From: a virus
Taxonomy: Duplodnaviria > Caudoviricetes
Virus record (IMG/VR): IMGVR_UViG_3300015370_000516
Span: 1 to 64,000 of that record
Direction: 5' to 3' (one strand)
DNA: 64,000 bases
Part shown: one piece after another, positions 9,901-19,724 of the stretch
Layout of the letters: the number at the start of each line of letters is the position of its first letter
How positions within the stretch are numbered: position 1 is the stretch's first letter
Notes under the pieces: model-generated
Seen by the model: only the letters and a program-made list of their open reading frames with translations
Told to the model about the DNA's origin: nothing
Databases searched by the model: none
Made by a program: the position numbers and the translations under genes

Positions 9901-11943
9901 CTTAGAACTAACGGCTTCGCTGATGTTGAAATTATGCCAGGTGGTTCGTGGCTATTTATCAAGATCAGTAAACAAGCTGCTGCCCGTAGGAACAGGACCG
10001 CAGTGGATGATACACTAAATTGGTTTCGTATTAAAACAACCACCGATGATGGATACAATCATATACCAGAGACCTGGGTGGTAAGGGCAAACTCACCCAA
10101 TGAATCTCTTGATTTGTTACAGAAATACCTTACGGAGTTGCGAAATTTACGTTTTAATACAGAGCAAACCATTCATGGGCCTGCAAATAGCTGGCTGACT
10201 GATACGAACAATATTTTCACGTTCGATGATATTGAAGGGCCTATGCCGTGGGATTCTGCATGGGACAATGAAACATTGGGGCCTGTTACGGGGCAAATTA
10301 AGCGCAAAGCCTCCACCTTTACATACGGACCCGAAGAATCTGCTCAAGATGATAGTATAGAATACCACGTCAATCTGTCCGGCAAGTATCTGCTCACCGG
10401 TCGTCCTCCTACCGACCTGAACGAGTTACTATCCCCTGAATTGTTAGCCCGAATCACCCACGTAGAAACGCGGGAAGTTGCCTACTACGAAGGTTCTTGG
10501 TGGGCGTCCGATTGGTGGATGAACTCCAGCGAGGCCGGGAGATCCGAGGCGTTGCGTCAACTGGAAGGCACTCCATTAGATCAACTGGGCAAGGGCGCTG
10601 AGTTCTTGTGCAAGATGGAATGGTGGGCTATCGAAACCCTGGTTTCCAGAATGGCTGGTGGTCAGCAAAAGGGGCAGGAGTTGATCGTTCAGTACTTCAA
10701 GCCAGCTACTAATCCTGGTGAAACTAAGCAAGAAACCAGTATAGAACTGTACTTACGGATTCAAGGCACAACGGCGCTGGGAGCGTTAATTAGCGTACTG
10801 GACAGCACGGCTGGTTGGAACTACGCGGAGTTCAGAGATTCCTTTGAGTACATTGGAAGTTGGTATCCAAGCACTAATTATAGCTATCCGGTAGATATCT
10901 GCCAATCAACTCCTATGTACGCCAGATTAGCTCCTATGCTGGAAAGCGTTTACTGGGTAGGCGGAACACAGGTTAAGATTTCTTCTAAGACGGCACAAGA
11001 CGATGATCCTGAACAACCAGACGAAGAGGATATAATCTTTGACGGATCAGATGCCTATCAAGGCGGAAAAAAGATTATTAGTCAAGTGGATGACATCTTC
11101 AAGACTACAGATGGTGAGTTGTTCACTGACCAGGATGAAGCCATAGAACATCAAGCTGACGTTGATGGAGTAGATACGTATGAGGCTGAACCAGACGTAA
11201 TAGATTCCATTGAGGCAAAAGTACAAGAAGTCAATGATGTTGGATACTCATTGGAGTCAACGGGCAAAGTATTCCTTAAATTTGAGGATGCAGCAAAGGC
11301 CTGGATGCAAGAAAATGGCTGGTATCCCAATGTTTGGGATATGGACGACCACGGAAATGGTTTTATAATGAGTTTGGGATGTAAGACTTCCGGCAACAAG
11401 AAATTGCCCGGAAAGGTAGCATCCACCACCTGGGGGGATGGGCAAATCTGGGTTAATGATAATAGTGGGTCTAACTTTCCACCGACAGAATATGCTGTTA
11501 TCCTGGAGCAGCGCGGGGAACTAACAGATGATTGGAACTACGTTGTTGAGCATTTTGACCTTCAGCTTTCGGGTGACGGAAATGCTTACCGAACCTTTCT
11601 TTCTGAGGAAGAAGCTGTTCAATTCGCCGAAGACTTAGCCAAGAATACGGGGTTGGTCAAGGATGCAAAGAGACATCGTGGTTCTGGTAAAAAACAAGCC
11701 GGAGCCTGGAGCTACGAAGGAGAGTATGAAGTATTATATGACATCCTCAACTCCCGCTGTGGAACGGCAATAGCAACACAGATACAAAGTCTGGAAGAGG
11801 GCAGTTTCGAGAAAGTCAATCCTAATGCTATACGTGCTATCAAAGAAGAGATTGTAACCTTGCCAGACAACATTCCTGGGCAGCAGGAAATTTACGAGTT
11901 GATCATAGAGTACGAATCTGGTGAATGGATGAATAAAGAATAA
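6988..11943 (+). CDS. 1651-aa mosaic acidic protein (possible virion polyprotein); includes a ChaB-like motif and an SH3-like module
   Basis: DEDIWDKAKEAV...YAVVTTVYKNMGG (ChaB-like); acidic modules separated by basic [KR]xA linkers; internal duplication. Confidence 0.7.
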   Translation: MKKISAVVSHKGGALEVGRTAGKRTLASLGTSQDDFLSLSNRTSQEFKIVVCGVKDFDTAEFSRVYRSLGLHPEIYSDYSGNGASLAEISGSFWGSASNAQEKAARLATTLKTSVRLVSGGREELVKPEQFELCGVCHKPLIQAKLGDQLVHACPDYLNGELEHTSKLISKRSLVKDAAGEMFQTDIEPGGEWYETGQSLLATAQEIVYSLQAAGVSATVGDVQTYDVYLGPYVDMTIEGIGFNYQKLFGGDDGDIYLELLPGKVLEGWDVEDIVTQILEILQTKSGRTKGAPNSWVADEDIWDKAKEAVGPDDGSHEDYYAVVTTVYKNMGGKVKSESARRAQDTGSYWLVPVEHDYKMGVESEDYIVQASDATTAQDQVVSLLQSDYPGGNWDGEQYLFGEEDEPQSWRFLDPVGPFASQEEAETKVRSNTYSSNVIYARADKNKRALDLGDRVRLITDYHGRIQDGNDAYTGGVPAGTEGVVYTYDRNTTTPGNPAYIMELDDGKEIRISETNVSAMLEKVGAKSGSTRPKRTVSKRAQDAGSYWLVPVEHDYKMGVESEDYIVKSTSAGLATTAVEVYLQDNYPGGDVWENAYMLEDDSDPENIEYWRFIYPPQRFDTEEEATAHVRPGTYSSNVIYARADKNKCADANRLDSVVQEVVSFIKSTHPDATVNVLPPDRAFGGDLAIYISVAPPGFVIPAGDPNATPYFVIVYGREDAATYQIYTSDNDGIDVSEDTTEGIPASIQSAIRSWNVKAGRKASSESLAPPAELDTADKSTSQTINGITWSWSDTLGKWVTIPGNDDRDARHKRANIIGTWGNGELTDLDRGYVGESLLGFYVVIEEELAHELGIVAGTGLEDEWMQLGTKLNAWFATRAEAMDVANALAGQAGISRMASKRGQGTSVLDTELDRALGLIDSAGLGDWIHNAWTSLPDDPNWNPETSTTAGYLTIDFLGDSEEYVRQATDLLRTNGFADVEIMPGGSWLFIKISKQAAARRNRTAVDDTLNWFRIKTTTDDGYNHIPETWVVRANSPNESLDLLQKYLTELRNLRFNTEQTIHGPANSWLTDTNNIFTFDDIEGPMPWDSAWDNETLGPVTGQIKRKASTFTYGPEESAQDDSIEYHVNLSGKYLLTGRPPTDLNELLSPELLARITHVETREVAYYEGSWWASDWWMNSSEAGRSEALRQLEGTPLDQLGKGAEFLCKMEWWAIETLVSRMAGGQQKGQELIVQYFKPATNPGETKQETSIELYLRIQGTTALGALISVLDSTAGWNYAEFRDSFEYIGSWYPSTNYSYPVDICQSTPMYARLAPMLESVYWVGGTQVKISSKTAQDDDPEQPDEEDIIFDGSDAYQGGKKIISQVDDIFKTTDGELFTDQDEAIEHQADVDGVDTYEAEPDVIDSIEAKVQEVNDVGYSLESTGKVFLKFEDAAKAWMQENGWYPNVWDMDDHGNGFIMSLGCKTSGNKKLPGKVASTTWGDGQIWVNDNSGSNFPPTEYAVILEQRGELTDDWNYVVEHFDLQLSGDGNAYRTFLSEEEAVQFAEDLAKNTGLVKDAKRHRGSGKKQAGAWSYEGEYEVLYDILNSRCGTAIATQIQSLEEGSFEKVNPNAIRAIKEEIVTLPDNIPGQQEIYELIIEYESGEWMNKE
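8047..8931 (+). repeat. internal duplicated module with identical flanks and a divergent core
   Basis: 44 bp identical at 8047-8090 and 8641-8684; 45 bp identical at 8284-8328 and 8887-8931; cores between them are strongly diverged. Confidence 0.9.
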
Positions 11944-11966
11944 TAAAACCGGTAGCTTAGAAAGGC

Positions 11967-12773
11967 ATGATCAACACATCAGTTCCACTTCCTCCCTATG
12001 GCTTTCGGGTTGATATTGTAAGCCTTCCAGAGACATGGCTCAGGTTATCTGATCGGAGTCAGTGGGATCAGACGATTAAGAAGACTTTGGAACGTATCGG
12101 TCTGGTCTGCCAAACGCACATTCGTAATATCATGGCTGGCAGGGAACCCAGACGAGATGGGCAGTTAGTCCAGTTCATTGAGCAGACTGGTAGAGGAAGA
12201 GAAAGTATTCAGTGGGAAGTAAATGGTAATTCAGTAGATATTTTCGCCGATGAACGTACCAAGACGCCTGGCGGAACCTCCTATTTAGTCTATCAGGAAT
12301 ACGGGGTGGCCACTCAAAAAATGTCGTGGCTCATTGGAAAGACGATTCCTTGGAAAGTGATAGCTGGTGGTCAGCGAGTAAATCCCAGAACAGGGACAGT
12401 AGTTCAAGGCGTTACCAGAGTAAAATTCGCCGGACGTGGCTCAAGATATTGGGGTGATAAGGATACACAGTTCTCAACTATTACCGAAGCTACTTTTACT
12501 AAGCCATCTAAGTATAATCCTACGGGGTACAAATACTGGCATCCTGGGTTTAAGGGTCGTGGTTTTTGGCAATCTGGGATTTTGAATGGTTTAGAGGAAG
12601 TTGCAAGCCATATACAGGGAATAGCATTCAGAGCTGCTGGCGGTGGTCCTGAACCAGTGTTAGGAACTGATCTAACTGGTCCAGATACTCATTTTACTGC
12701 GGAATACCAGCAACTATTAGATGATTTGGAGCAAACAATGCAAGAACAAAAAGTATTTCCCTTCAATACCTAA
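11967..12773 (+). CDS. putative tail completion/neck protein (HK97 gp10-like)
   Basis: Position; YLVYQEYGVATQKM and YWHPGFKGRGFW motifs. Confidence 0.45.
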   Translation: MINTSVPLPPYGFRVDIVSLPETWLRLSDRSQWDQTIKKTLERIGLVCQTHIRNIMAGREPRRDGQLVQFIEQTGRGRESIQWEVNGNSVDIFADERTKTPGGTSYLVYQEYGVATQKMSWLIGKTIPWKVIAGGQRVNPRTGTVVQGVTRVKFAGRGSRYWGDKDTQFSTITEATFTKPSKYNPTGYKYWHPGFKGRGFWQSGILNGLEEVASHIQGIAFRAAGGGPEPVLGTDLTGPDTHFTAEYQQLLDDLEQTMQEQKVFPFNT

Positions 12774-12774
12774 A

Positions 12775-13188
12775 ATGTCCGTAACCGGGAACACCTTAGA
12801 GTTACAAGTAAAAGACCCGCGCACAGGTCAAGGCATTTCAGGATTGACCTGCACGCTTTACGTCTACGGAATGTACGTAACCGGATCTGATTATACGGTG
12901 ATTGGTACAGCAGTATCGGGGCTAACCGGCACTTCCGTAACTGTTTCAGGTACTACAGGAAGATGGGGATTGGTCAGCTTGGAGGATGTTCCGCCAGGTG
13001 TTTTTACGGTAATAGCCAGTGGCCAAGGTTATCCTACTCAAGTGGTAGAAGGATTTGAACGGTATGAAGTTAGTCAGTTAATACGTGGCAATCCGGATTA
13101 TCTCCAACTCCACGATGCCACTGGCGGTACTTGGTATGTATCTATGAGTACTGGTGGGACGTTAGTAATTACTACTGGAATTACCTAA
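12775..13188 (+). CDS. hypothetical virion protein
   Basis: ATG at 12775 right after the previous stop; the ORF-track start at 12721 overlaps the upstream gene. Confidence 0.55.
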   Translation: MSVTGNTLELQVKDPRTGQGISGLTCTLYVYGMYVTGSDYTVIGTAVSGLTGTSVTVSGTTGRWGLVSLEDVPPGVFTVIASGQGYPTQVVEGFERYEVSQLIRGNPDYLQLHDATGGTWYVSMSTGGTLVITTGIT

Positions 13189-13880
13189 TGGCTCAAATAC
13201 TTCCATTTCCTGAACGTTTAATTGGGGCTGATGGTAAAGCTACTATTGAACGCTACGCCGATCCCAGATTTGTATTCGTAGCCTTGACAGAAATAGAAGA
13301 TATATTTGTAAGACTATTAAAGTTCAAATTCAAGGACTTTGTGGGGGATGGGGAAATATCCGAAGCCCCTCCGATTGTGCCCGCTTATAACCCCGGAGAC
13401 CGCAAATATAGCGTTATTGTGGTAGAGGCTGAGCTGAACAGCGTCAACTCAAGGGGAATTGGCTACAACAAGTTTGAGCTTCAGTATCAACCCCTTGCGG
13501 AGGATCCAAACACTATTGAGACTTGGATTGGTTACGCTGGAGAAGCCAGTTTCACAATAGACATATTTGTGCGATCGGTTAATCGTTTTGCCACCTGCTA
13601 TTATGCTGATTGGGTCTTTGCAGCTTTAATGGATCCAGTTTGTAGGATGTTAGGTGGGCATGGCATAGAAATTCCTTACGATGGTGCAAGAGTAAGTGGC
13701 AAAGTCATAGAACAGGCTATGGCACAGGGAGCTCCCGATAATCTGGATAAGTTCTGGATGCTCACGCTTAGTATAGCTAACATCATTGTACCCTGGGCCA
13801 GATTGTACAAGTTGGGTGGCCCAACCATTGAAACGTATAGTTGGGAAATTGCTCCAGAAACGACACATAATGTCTTATAA
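13188..13880 (+). CDS. putative tail terminator/completion protein
   Basis: TAATG stop/start overlap at 13186-13190; directly precedes the sheath gene. Confidence 0.45.
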   Translation: MAQILPFPERLIGADGKATIERYADPRFVFVALTEIEDIFVRLLKFKFKDFVGDGEISEAPPIVPAYNPGDRKYSVIVVEAELNSVNSRGIGYNKFELQYQPLAEDPNTIETWIGYAGEASFTIDIFVRSVNRFATCYYADWVFAALMDPVCRMLGGHGIEIPYDGARVSGKVIEQAMAQGAPDNLDKFWMLTLSIANIIVPWARLYKLGGPTIETYSWEIAPETTHNVL

Positions 13881-13898
13881 ATATAAAGTGAGGATAAC

Positions 13899-15611
13899 AT
13901 GCCCGTCAGAGTCATAGGAAGACGAACAGGGGCTGGGGGTAGCGCAGTAATTCCTGTCATTACCAGGAAACTTGGTCTGGTGGGCACGTCCCAGGGCAAA
14001 AGCACCTTAATGGACGACGAATACGTAGCCGCCGGAGCTACTTCTGGAGCTACGGGCAGTGCCTACAAAGACCAGCTCAGTGGCGCTACCGTTGCCTTAA
14101 GCGTAATTCGGGTCACCAACGTCACCGGAATTACCTCAGAGGTCTATAATCAAGGTATAGACTATACTTTGGTCTCCGGCAATGTCCTTGACTGGACAAA
14201 TGCCCCGGCTTTACCAACTCCAGAACTTGAGACCATAACCCATGCAGCGGCTACCGGAGGTAGTTGGAGTAGTGGGGCTACCGAACAATCGGTGTCCTTT
14301 GTGGTCACGGCAAAGGATCAAAATGCTGATGGAGAAACGTCCAGTAGTAACACGCTGACGTTTACTATCTCCAGCGCAACCCAGAAGGTCACCGTCCAAT
14401 GGGCCAGAGTACCCTTTGCTGGTGGCTATAACGTTTACCTGAACGCTACTGGAGGAACCAAGTTCTATGCTACTGTAGCTGGGTCAGGAACAACTACTCT
14501 GACCGTAACTGGTGACTCCGGTACTTTAACCGGTGCACCGGCTACAAATACCACCAAGCGCAGACCAGCAACTGCGCAGGCTTACTATGTAGATTATTAC
14601 TACCCGACGTTCACATACCAGCAGCAGGAGTTCACCAACTACTCGGACTTTGAATCCGTGCATGGCATTGGCTCCAATTTATCCAGGGCAGCTAAGTTAG
14701 CCTTTGACAACGGAGCAAGTTCTATCATCGCCGTAGCCGTGTCTGGGGAGACTGCCGGGCATTACCAAAATGCCATCGACCAACTCAAGACCTCCGAAGT
14801 TCAGTATGTGGTAGCCCTGAAGTCAGGAACGGCAGTAGAACAGTATCTACGGAATCATGCTGAGTATTGTTCACAGGATACCGTAGGCAAAGAACGCGAT
14901 GCTGTGGTAGCTGCCGCCAGTGGTAGTTCCAAAGCCGATGCAGTAACCTGGGCCTCTACCTTTGGGGGCACTAAGCGGATCATTGCGGTGATTACCAACA
15001 ACGCTGACTACTTTGTCAATGTCTGGCAAACCACTGGTGGGACTTACCTGGATGGTCCTTATGAGGTTCCCCACTATTTCTTTGCAGCAGCCATTGCAGG
15101 GCGTTTGTGCGGTCTTTACGATAGCGCCACGCCATTGACTAACTCTCTGATCAACGGGTTCACCTGGCCCGCCGGACGCACGCTGTGGGTTGATTACGAG
15201 GTTCAGGATGACCTGGAGACAGCAGGACTTACCTACGTAAAGAGCCAGGCAGGTACTCCGGTAGTCTATCATGGAATTACTACTAATACTACTCTGGTGG
15301 AAGATCAGGAAATCAGCGTAGTAGCTGCCGAAGACGAGATGCGTAGAAGTCTGAGAACGGCTTTGGATGGCTTTCGTGGTCGGGATCGTAAGATCACGCA
15401 GTCAAGACTGGATGCCTTGGCACTACGTGTTCAGCAGGTGTTGGGGAACTTGGTAAAGAACGCGATAATTCAGGAGTTCGGAACAATTACTGTGCTGCAA
15501 GATAATGACCTTCCGACTCTGGTCTGGATTAGATTCGGCTATATTCCGATCTATCCAATGAACGAGATAATCTTCGAGTACGGATTCTTGTCAGCACCAC
15601 TTAGCGCCTAA
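13899..15611 (+). CDS. tail sheath protein
   Basis: N-terminal LGLVG motif; C-terminal ITTN...EISVV..ED.MR..LR...F.G and V.IRFGYIPIYPMNEI, typical of contractile sheaths. Confidence 0.85.
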   Translation: MPVRVIGRRTGAGGSAVIPVITRKLGLVGTSQGKSTLMDDEYVAAGATSGATGSAYKDQLSGATVALSVIRVTNVTGITSEVYNQGIDYTLVSGNVLDWTNAPALPTPELETITHAAATGGSWSSGATEQSVSFVVTAKDQNADGETSSSNTLTFTISSATQKVTVQWARVPFAGGYNVYLNATGGTKFYATVAGSGTTTLTVTGDSGTLTGAPATNTTKRRPATAQAYYVDYYYPTFTYQQQEFTNYSDFESVHGIGSNLSRAAKLAFDNGASSIIAVAVSGETAGHYQNAIDQLKTSEVQYVVALKSGTAVEQYLRNHAEYCSQDTVGKERDAVVAAASGSSKADAVTWASTFGGTKRIIAVITNNADYFVNVWQTTGGTYLDGPYEVPHYFFAAAIAGRLCGLYDSATPLTNSLINGFTWPAGRTLWVDYEVQDDLETAGLTYVKSQAGTPVVYHGITTNTTLVEDQEISVVAAEDEMRRSLRTALDGFRGRDRKITQSRLDALALRVQQVLGNLVKNAIIQEFGTITVLQDNDLPTLVWIRFGYIPIYPMNEIIFEYGFLSAPLSA

Positions 15612-15628
15612 AAAGAGGAGTTTGAAAT

Positions 15629-16159
15629 ATGCCTGGAACAGGTCTTGTAGCCGCTGCCCAAAATCCGGATGCTGGGGTAAAGATACCGGAATCGCACCGG
15701 ACGGTGTTATCAACCTCGATAGACATCATTGACCATGATGGGAATAATATCGGGTACATTACACAGATAACGTCGAATCAGAACCGTCCGGTTACCGCAA
15801 TTAGACATCTGAACTCCTTGGATGCTGGGCGCATCATTGAGGGAGCTCCGGCTCCCAGTACTACGACCATAGCAGTCAATGGCTTTGCGATTTACAACAA
15901 TCAGTTTGATGGTTCTCTGATCCAAAGAATCGGTGGATCTACAACTGCCAAAGCCATGAAGTCCTTGGAGGAACAGTCCATTCCATTTAATATCGTGGAG
16001 ACTACAACCCATCCGGCTACCGGAGTGATTGTGGATCAGACTGTTTACCATGATTGTTGGCTGACGGCGCACTCCAAGCCGATAAATATCGGTACAGTAA
16101 CCATCGCCGAAAGCGCCAGTATCTTTGTAACTTGGTCTGGCCCAGGAGCTTCTGCTTAA
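15629..16159 (+). CDS. tail tube protein
   Basis: 176 aa directly after the sheath; IGYITQI.SNQNRPV..IRHL...IIE motif. Confidence 0.75.
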   Translation: MPGTGLVAAAQNPDAGVKIPESHRTVLSTSIDIIDHDGNNIGYITQITSNQNRPVTAIRHLNSLDAGRIIEGAPAPSTTTIAVNGFAIYNNQFDGSLIQRIGGSTTAKAMKSLEEQSIPFNIVETTTHPATGVIVDQTVYHDCWLTAHSKPINIGTVTIAESASIFVTWSGPGASA

Positions 16160-16168
16160 GGATGAAAC

Positions 16169-16705
16169 ATGTCTGAAAAGATCATAGCCGATGAAGCGGC
16201 CCCCCCGGATATAATTCGCCGGATCATAGAAGGGTTTCAGTATGAGACCTCTGTTATTGTTCCGGGGGCTAATGGTGAGGACTATAAAGTACAGCTTGGT
16301 ACTTTGTGGGATGATGAAATTCGTCAGCTTCAGCGTGAGATTGGAGCTCGAATCAATCCTTCCGATTTCATCACCAGAGACTTAGAAAGTAGGTTTGAGG
16401 TAGTGGTGCGGGCAACTATCTCAATAACTTCTCCGGATGGGTATGCCGTGTGGCAAGTGCTCAGCTCCAACGAGGAAGCTACTCGTTATCGCCGCCAGAA
16501 ATTGCGGGAGTTGTATGGAAGATTACCGCGCACGGTAGTCTATCTGTATGAAAAATATCGGGAGCTGGAACGGCGCAGAGACACTGAGTTCGATGCTGGA
16601 ATAGAACGCATAAAAAAATCTTCGCAGATGCCGGACGTGCCAGACAAAATGATGGAGAACCTCCCAGAGAGTTCCTCGTCTGGAGAAGTTGGTGGGGATT
16701 ACTAA
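16169..16705 (+). CDS. tail assembly chaperone (G-like)
   Basis: Between tube and tape measure; contains the A AAA AAA slippery heptamer at 16612-16618. Confidence 0.7.
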   Translation: MSEKIIADEAAPPDIIRRIIEGFQYETSVIVPGANGEDYKVQLGTLWDDEIRQLQREIGARINPSDFITRDLESRFEVVVRATISITSPDGYAVWQVLSSNEEATRYRRQKLRELYGRLPRTVVYLYEKYRELERRRDTEFDAGIERIKKSSQMPDVPDKMMENLPESSSSGEVGGDY

Positions 16706-17058
16706 GGGCAACATTCCACAGGTTCGAGCATCTGCTTCCTAACATAGCCCGATTATACAGCAATCCCTATCTGACGTGCTGGGTCGCCGAGAACTGTGCT
16801 TGGGACCGTATAGACGAATATGACAGAATAAAGGCTTTTGTGGATAGATTGGCGGCTTTTATCAATCCTTTGGGTATGCAAAAGGTTTTGGAAAGCCGCT
16901 TTTCCACAGATGCAACACCAGAAGCTCCTAAGACTAAAGAACAAATGAGACTCAGCGACGATCTTCTGCGCACGTTACAGCGATCACCAGTACGACCAAC
17001 GATTCTTAATAGAGCCACTGACGATGCTGAACATTTCGATGATATTACTCCTGGTTAG
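16612..17058 (+). CDS. -1 frameshift extension of the tail chaperone (GT-like product)
   Basis: The -1 frame is open from 16588 to the stop at 17056-17058 and is entered at the in-frame A AAA AAA. Confidence 0.7.
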   Translation, partial: KKIFADAGRARQNDGEPPREFLVWRSWWGLLRATFHRFEHLLPNIARLYSNPYLTCWVAENCAWDRIDEYDRIKAFVDRLAAFINPLGMQKVLESRFSTDATPEAPKTKEQMRLSDDLLRTLQRSPVRPTILNRATDDAEHFDDITPG

Positions 17059-17060
17059 AG

Positions 17061-19724
17061 ATGCCTGACTCCGAACTTAGAACTCGCGTATCTCTGGATG
17101 CCGAAGACGCGCAACGCCAAGTTGAGAGTCTCAGCGACAAAGCCAGCGACGTCAGACTTAAGGAAGTTGCTGCACAGCAAGCTATGATTCGGGAATTGTC
17201 TACTCTAAGCATAGATGAGTACGATAAACAAATAAAAGCTCAAGAGAGTCTGTTAGAACAATTAAATCTTAAACATGCGGCTGCTTCTGACGAGGAACGT
17301 ACCAGAATCATAGCTGAGTACGACGAACGTAAAAGGGATTTCGATGATCGTTTAAAATTGTTAGATGAGGAAGACAAGAACATACGAGCCAAGCACGCTG
17401 AACGACTGGCGGAACTGGAACAACTTAAACAATCGGATGTAGATAGTGCAGAAAAACGGAAGGAGATTGAAAAGGAAATTGTCTCTCTGACTGAGGAAGG
17501 AAGAACCAATTACTTAAAGAAAAATGAATTAGCGTATGAGTCGGAAAAAGATAGATTGGAAACTCTTCAACAGATGGCTGCGCGAGTTAGGGAAACTATA
17601 ACTACTGGTTCTGAAATCGAAACACCTGCGGGCAAAGGAACTCTGGGCACACTTGGAAGTCTTCCAGGTACGTTGAACCAAGCGGGAGCCTCACTGCAGG
17701 GGGCATTATCTCCCATACTCAGAATACTTGGCCCTATAGGTATTGCTTTTTCTATAGAGCAGGTGGTCGAAAAATTATTCAAGGCAAATGCGGAATTGCG
17801 TGTTATCCGCAATAACTATACCGAGATTGCAGCGACCATGGGTGACCTCGTACCTCTCGGCGGAGATATGTTTGTAGGCAAACTTACTGGCGCTATGAGC
17901 CAGCTACAACGTAGTATGATGTTAGAATTCAAGGACGCACTTGATCCAAAAATATTTCCTACTTTAGCAGGTATAATTTACAAAGGCGGCTTTGAAGAAC
18001 CAGAAAAAACCGTACCTGACTTGACGCGCAGTGCTATTTTGATGGGTGCTGGCGCGGGTGTATCTCCAGCAGCCATTGCGGGGCTTTATACACAGCTAAG
18101 TAGAGAGTTCGCTTTTCGGCCAGAACAATTGGAGGAGACTGTTGCCTTGCTCATTAAAACCGCACAAGGTCTCAAAATACCTTTTGAAGACCTAAGTAAA
18201 TGGACTATTGGCTTATCTGAGCAGACCAGAATTTATGGATATGATTTAGCTGATAGTAGGCGTATTGTAACGGCCTTTGCTAAAGAACTGGAAAATGGTA
18301 CGGTGCAGATAGGTGATCTGGTAAAAGTACAACTTAGTTTAGCAGGATCTTCTACCCAGCAACAAATGGGTTTATTGGCCTTTTTACCAGAAATAAGCAA
18401 ACAAATGGGTAAAGGCCCAGGAGGAAAGACTTTCGAGGAAATGGTTACTGCGATTGGTGATATGTCTGAACAATCTCAGTTTTTAAGATATTTGTTACAG
18501 GATATGTTACCTATACAGGTCAGGGAGGATGTTCGCACTGGTCCACAGGCTGAGGCTTATGGAGCAGCCTTTAATTTAGAAACTGGTGAGGCTAAACAAG
18601 ACTGGCGCAATCAAATACTAAGAGCTATTCCAGAGGCTATGCACGAACGTGCTGGGCAAATGGGTGGTGGAGGAGCTGGTACAGAATTTATGATGACAGA
18701 GGCTTTGATTCGCATGATTGTGCCTGCTTTGGTTGATCTACCCATCCGTAAGCAAAATGAAATATGGGAAGAGATTAGAAAAGGAACTTTCAAGGATGTG
18801 GACTTTGAACATATTAAAACTACGGCTGTTGCGACTTCAGAAATTGTCGGTTCTACCAAGACAGCGGCTGATGCCTTGAAAGAGGCGGGAAGAGGTGTTC
18901 TACACGATCGCGAGAGCCTTGCTGGTGGTGTTAAGGTAGGACTTGATTTGTGGTGGCAGGATACTGCAGAAGGTTTTGCATTGATGATGCGCCGAGCTAT
19001 AGGGACTGACGCTAAGGACATTGCGGCTTGGAACTATTCACGTCAGGGAGAATCATTTTTAACTACAACATCTAATGTATTGGGGCCTAATTTTGTGGAA
19101 AGAAAGGACGAAGTAACTCCGGCACAATTAACAAGATTGGGGCAGGCTTTAGTACAAACAGCGGGTGGTAAAGCTACTGACCTTGCTGAGGCTAAACTGT
19201 TTTTGACAGACGTTATTGAGGAGATGGTAAATCAGGGACGTTTAAAATATATTAAATATGCTGAGTCTTACGAAACAGCAACAGATATAATGAATAAAGC
19301 CGCGGGGTTTAATGTTGAGCGAGAAGCTCGAAAAGAGGTGACGGGAGGAAGTTTCCTTGAAAGTCCTTTTATGCCAGGTTCAGCTTGGAAAGTGTTTCGT
19401 CCCAGTGATACTGAACCACCAAAGGGTACTCCAGCTTCGCCAGAAGCTATAACTGATATGACTGTACACAGACAGGCTGAAAATATTGCTCAACTTTTAG
19501 CCAAGCAAATAGAGTCTGGACAGATACTCAAAGACATTGACACTACCCGCGCCGGTATGCAATTTAACTTTGGGGGTATACAGATTTCACTTACTAATGT
19601 TCCTGATGAGGAAACTTTGCGCAGGCTGGCGGTCGAGGCATTTGATACTCAATTTTCCAACGAGGTTATTCCACAATTGATCCCTGAACTCAGGAGAATG
19701 CAGGATAGCGGAGGAGCCAGATAG
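17061..19724 (+). CDS. tape measure protein
   Basis: 887 aa, helical/coiled-coil and Ala/Gly-rich; follows the chaperone pair. Confidence 0.8.
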   Translation: MPDSELRTRVSLDAEDAQRQVESLSDKASDVRLKEVAAQQAMIRELSTLSIDEYDKQIKAQESLLEQLNLKHAAASDEERTRIIAEYDERKRDFDDRLKLLDEEDKNIRAKHAERLAELEQLKQSDVDSAEKRKEIEKEIVSLTEEGRTNYLKKNELAYESEKDRLETLQQMAARVRETITTGSEIETPAGKGTLGTLGSLPGTLNQAGASLQGALSPILRILGPIGIAFSIEQVVEKLFKANAELRVIRNNYTEIAATMGDLVPLGGDMFVGKLTGAMSQLQRSMMLEFKDALDPKIFPTLAGIIYKGGFEEPEKTVPDLTRSAILMGAGAGVSPAAIAGLYTQLSREFAFRPEQLEETVALLIKTAQGLKIPFEDLSKWTIGLSEQTRIYGYDLADSRRIVTAFAKELENGTVQIGDLVKVQLSLAGSSTQQQMGLLAFLPEISKQMGKGPGGKTFEEMVTAIGDMSEQSQFLRYLLQDMLPIQVREDVRTGPQAEAYGAAFNLETGEAKQDWRNQILRAIPEAMHERAGQMGGGGAGTEFMMTEALIRMIVPALVDLPIRKQNEIWEEIRKGTFKDVDFEHIKTTAVATSEIVGSTKTAADALKEAGRGVLHDRESLAGGVKVGLDLWWQDTAEGFALMMRRAIGTDAKDIAAWNYSRQGESFLTTTSNVLGPNFVERKDEVTPAQLTRLGQALVQTAGGKATDLAEAKLFLTDVIEEMVNQGRLKYIKYAESYETATDIMNKAAGFNVEREARKEVTGGSFLESPFMPGSAWKVFRPSDTEPPKGTPASPEAITDMTVHRQAENIAQLLAKQIESGQILKDIDTTRAGMQFNFGGIQISLTNVPDEETLRRLAVEAFDTQFSNEVIPQLIPELRRMQDSGGAR

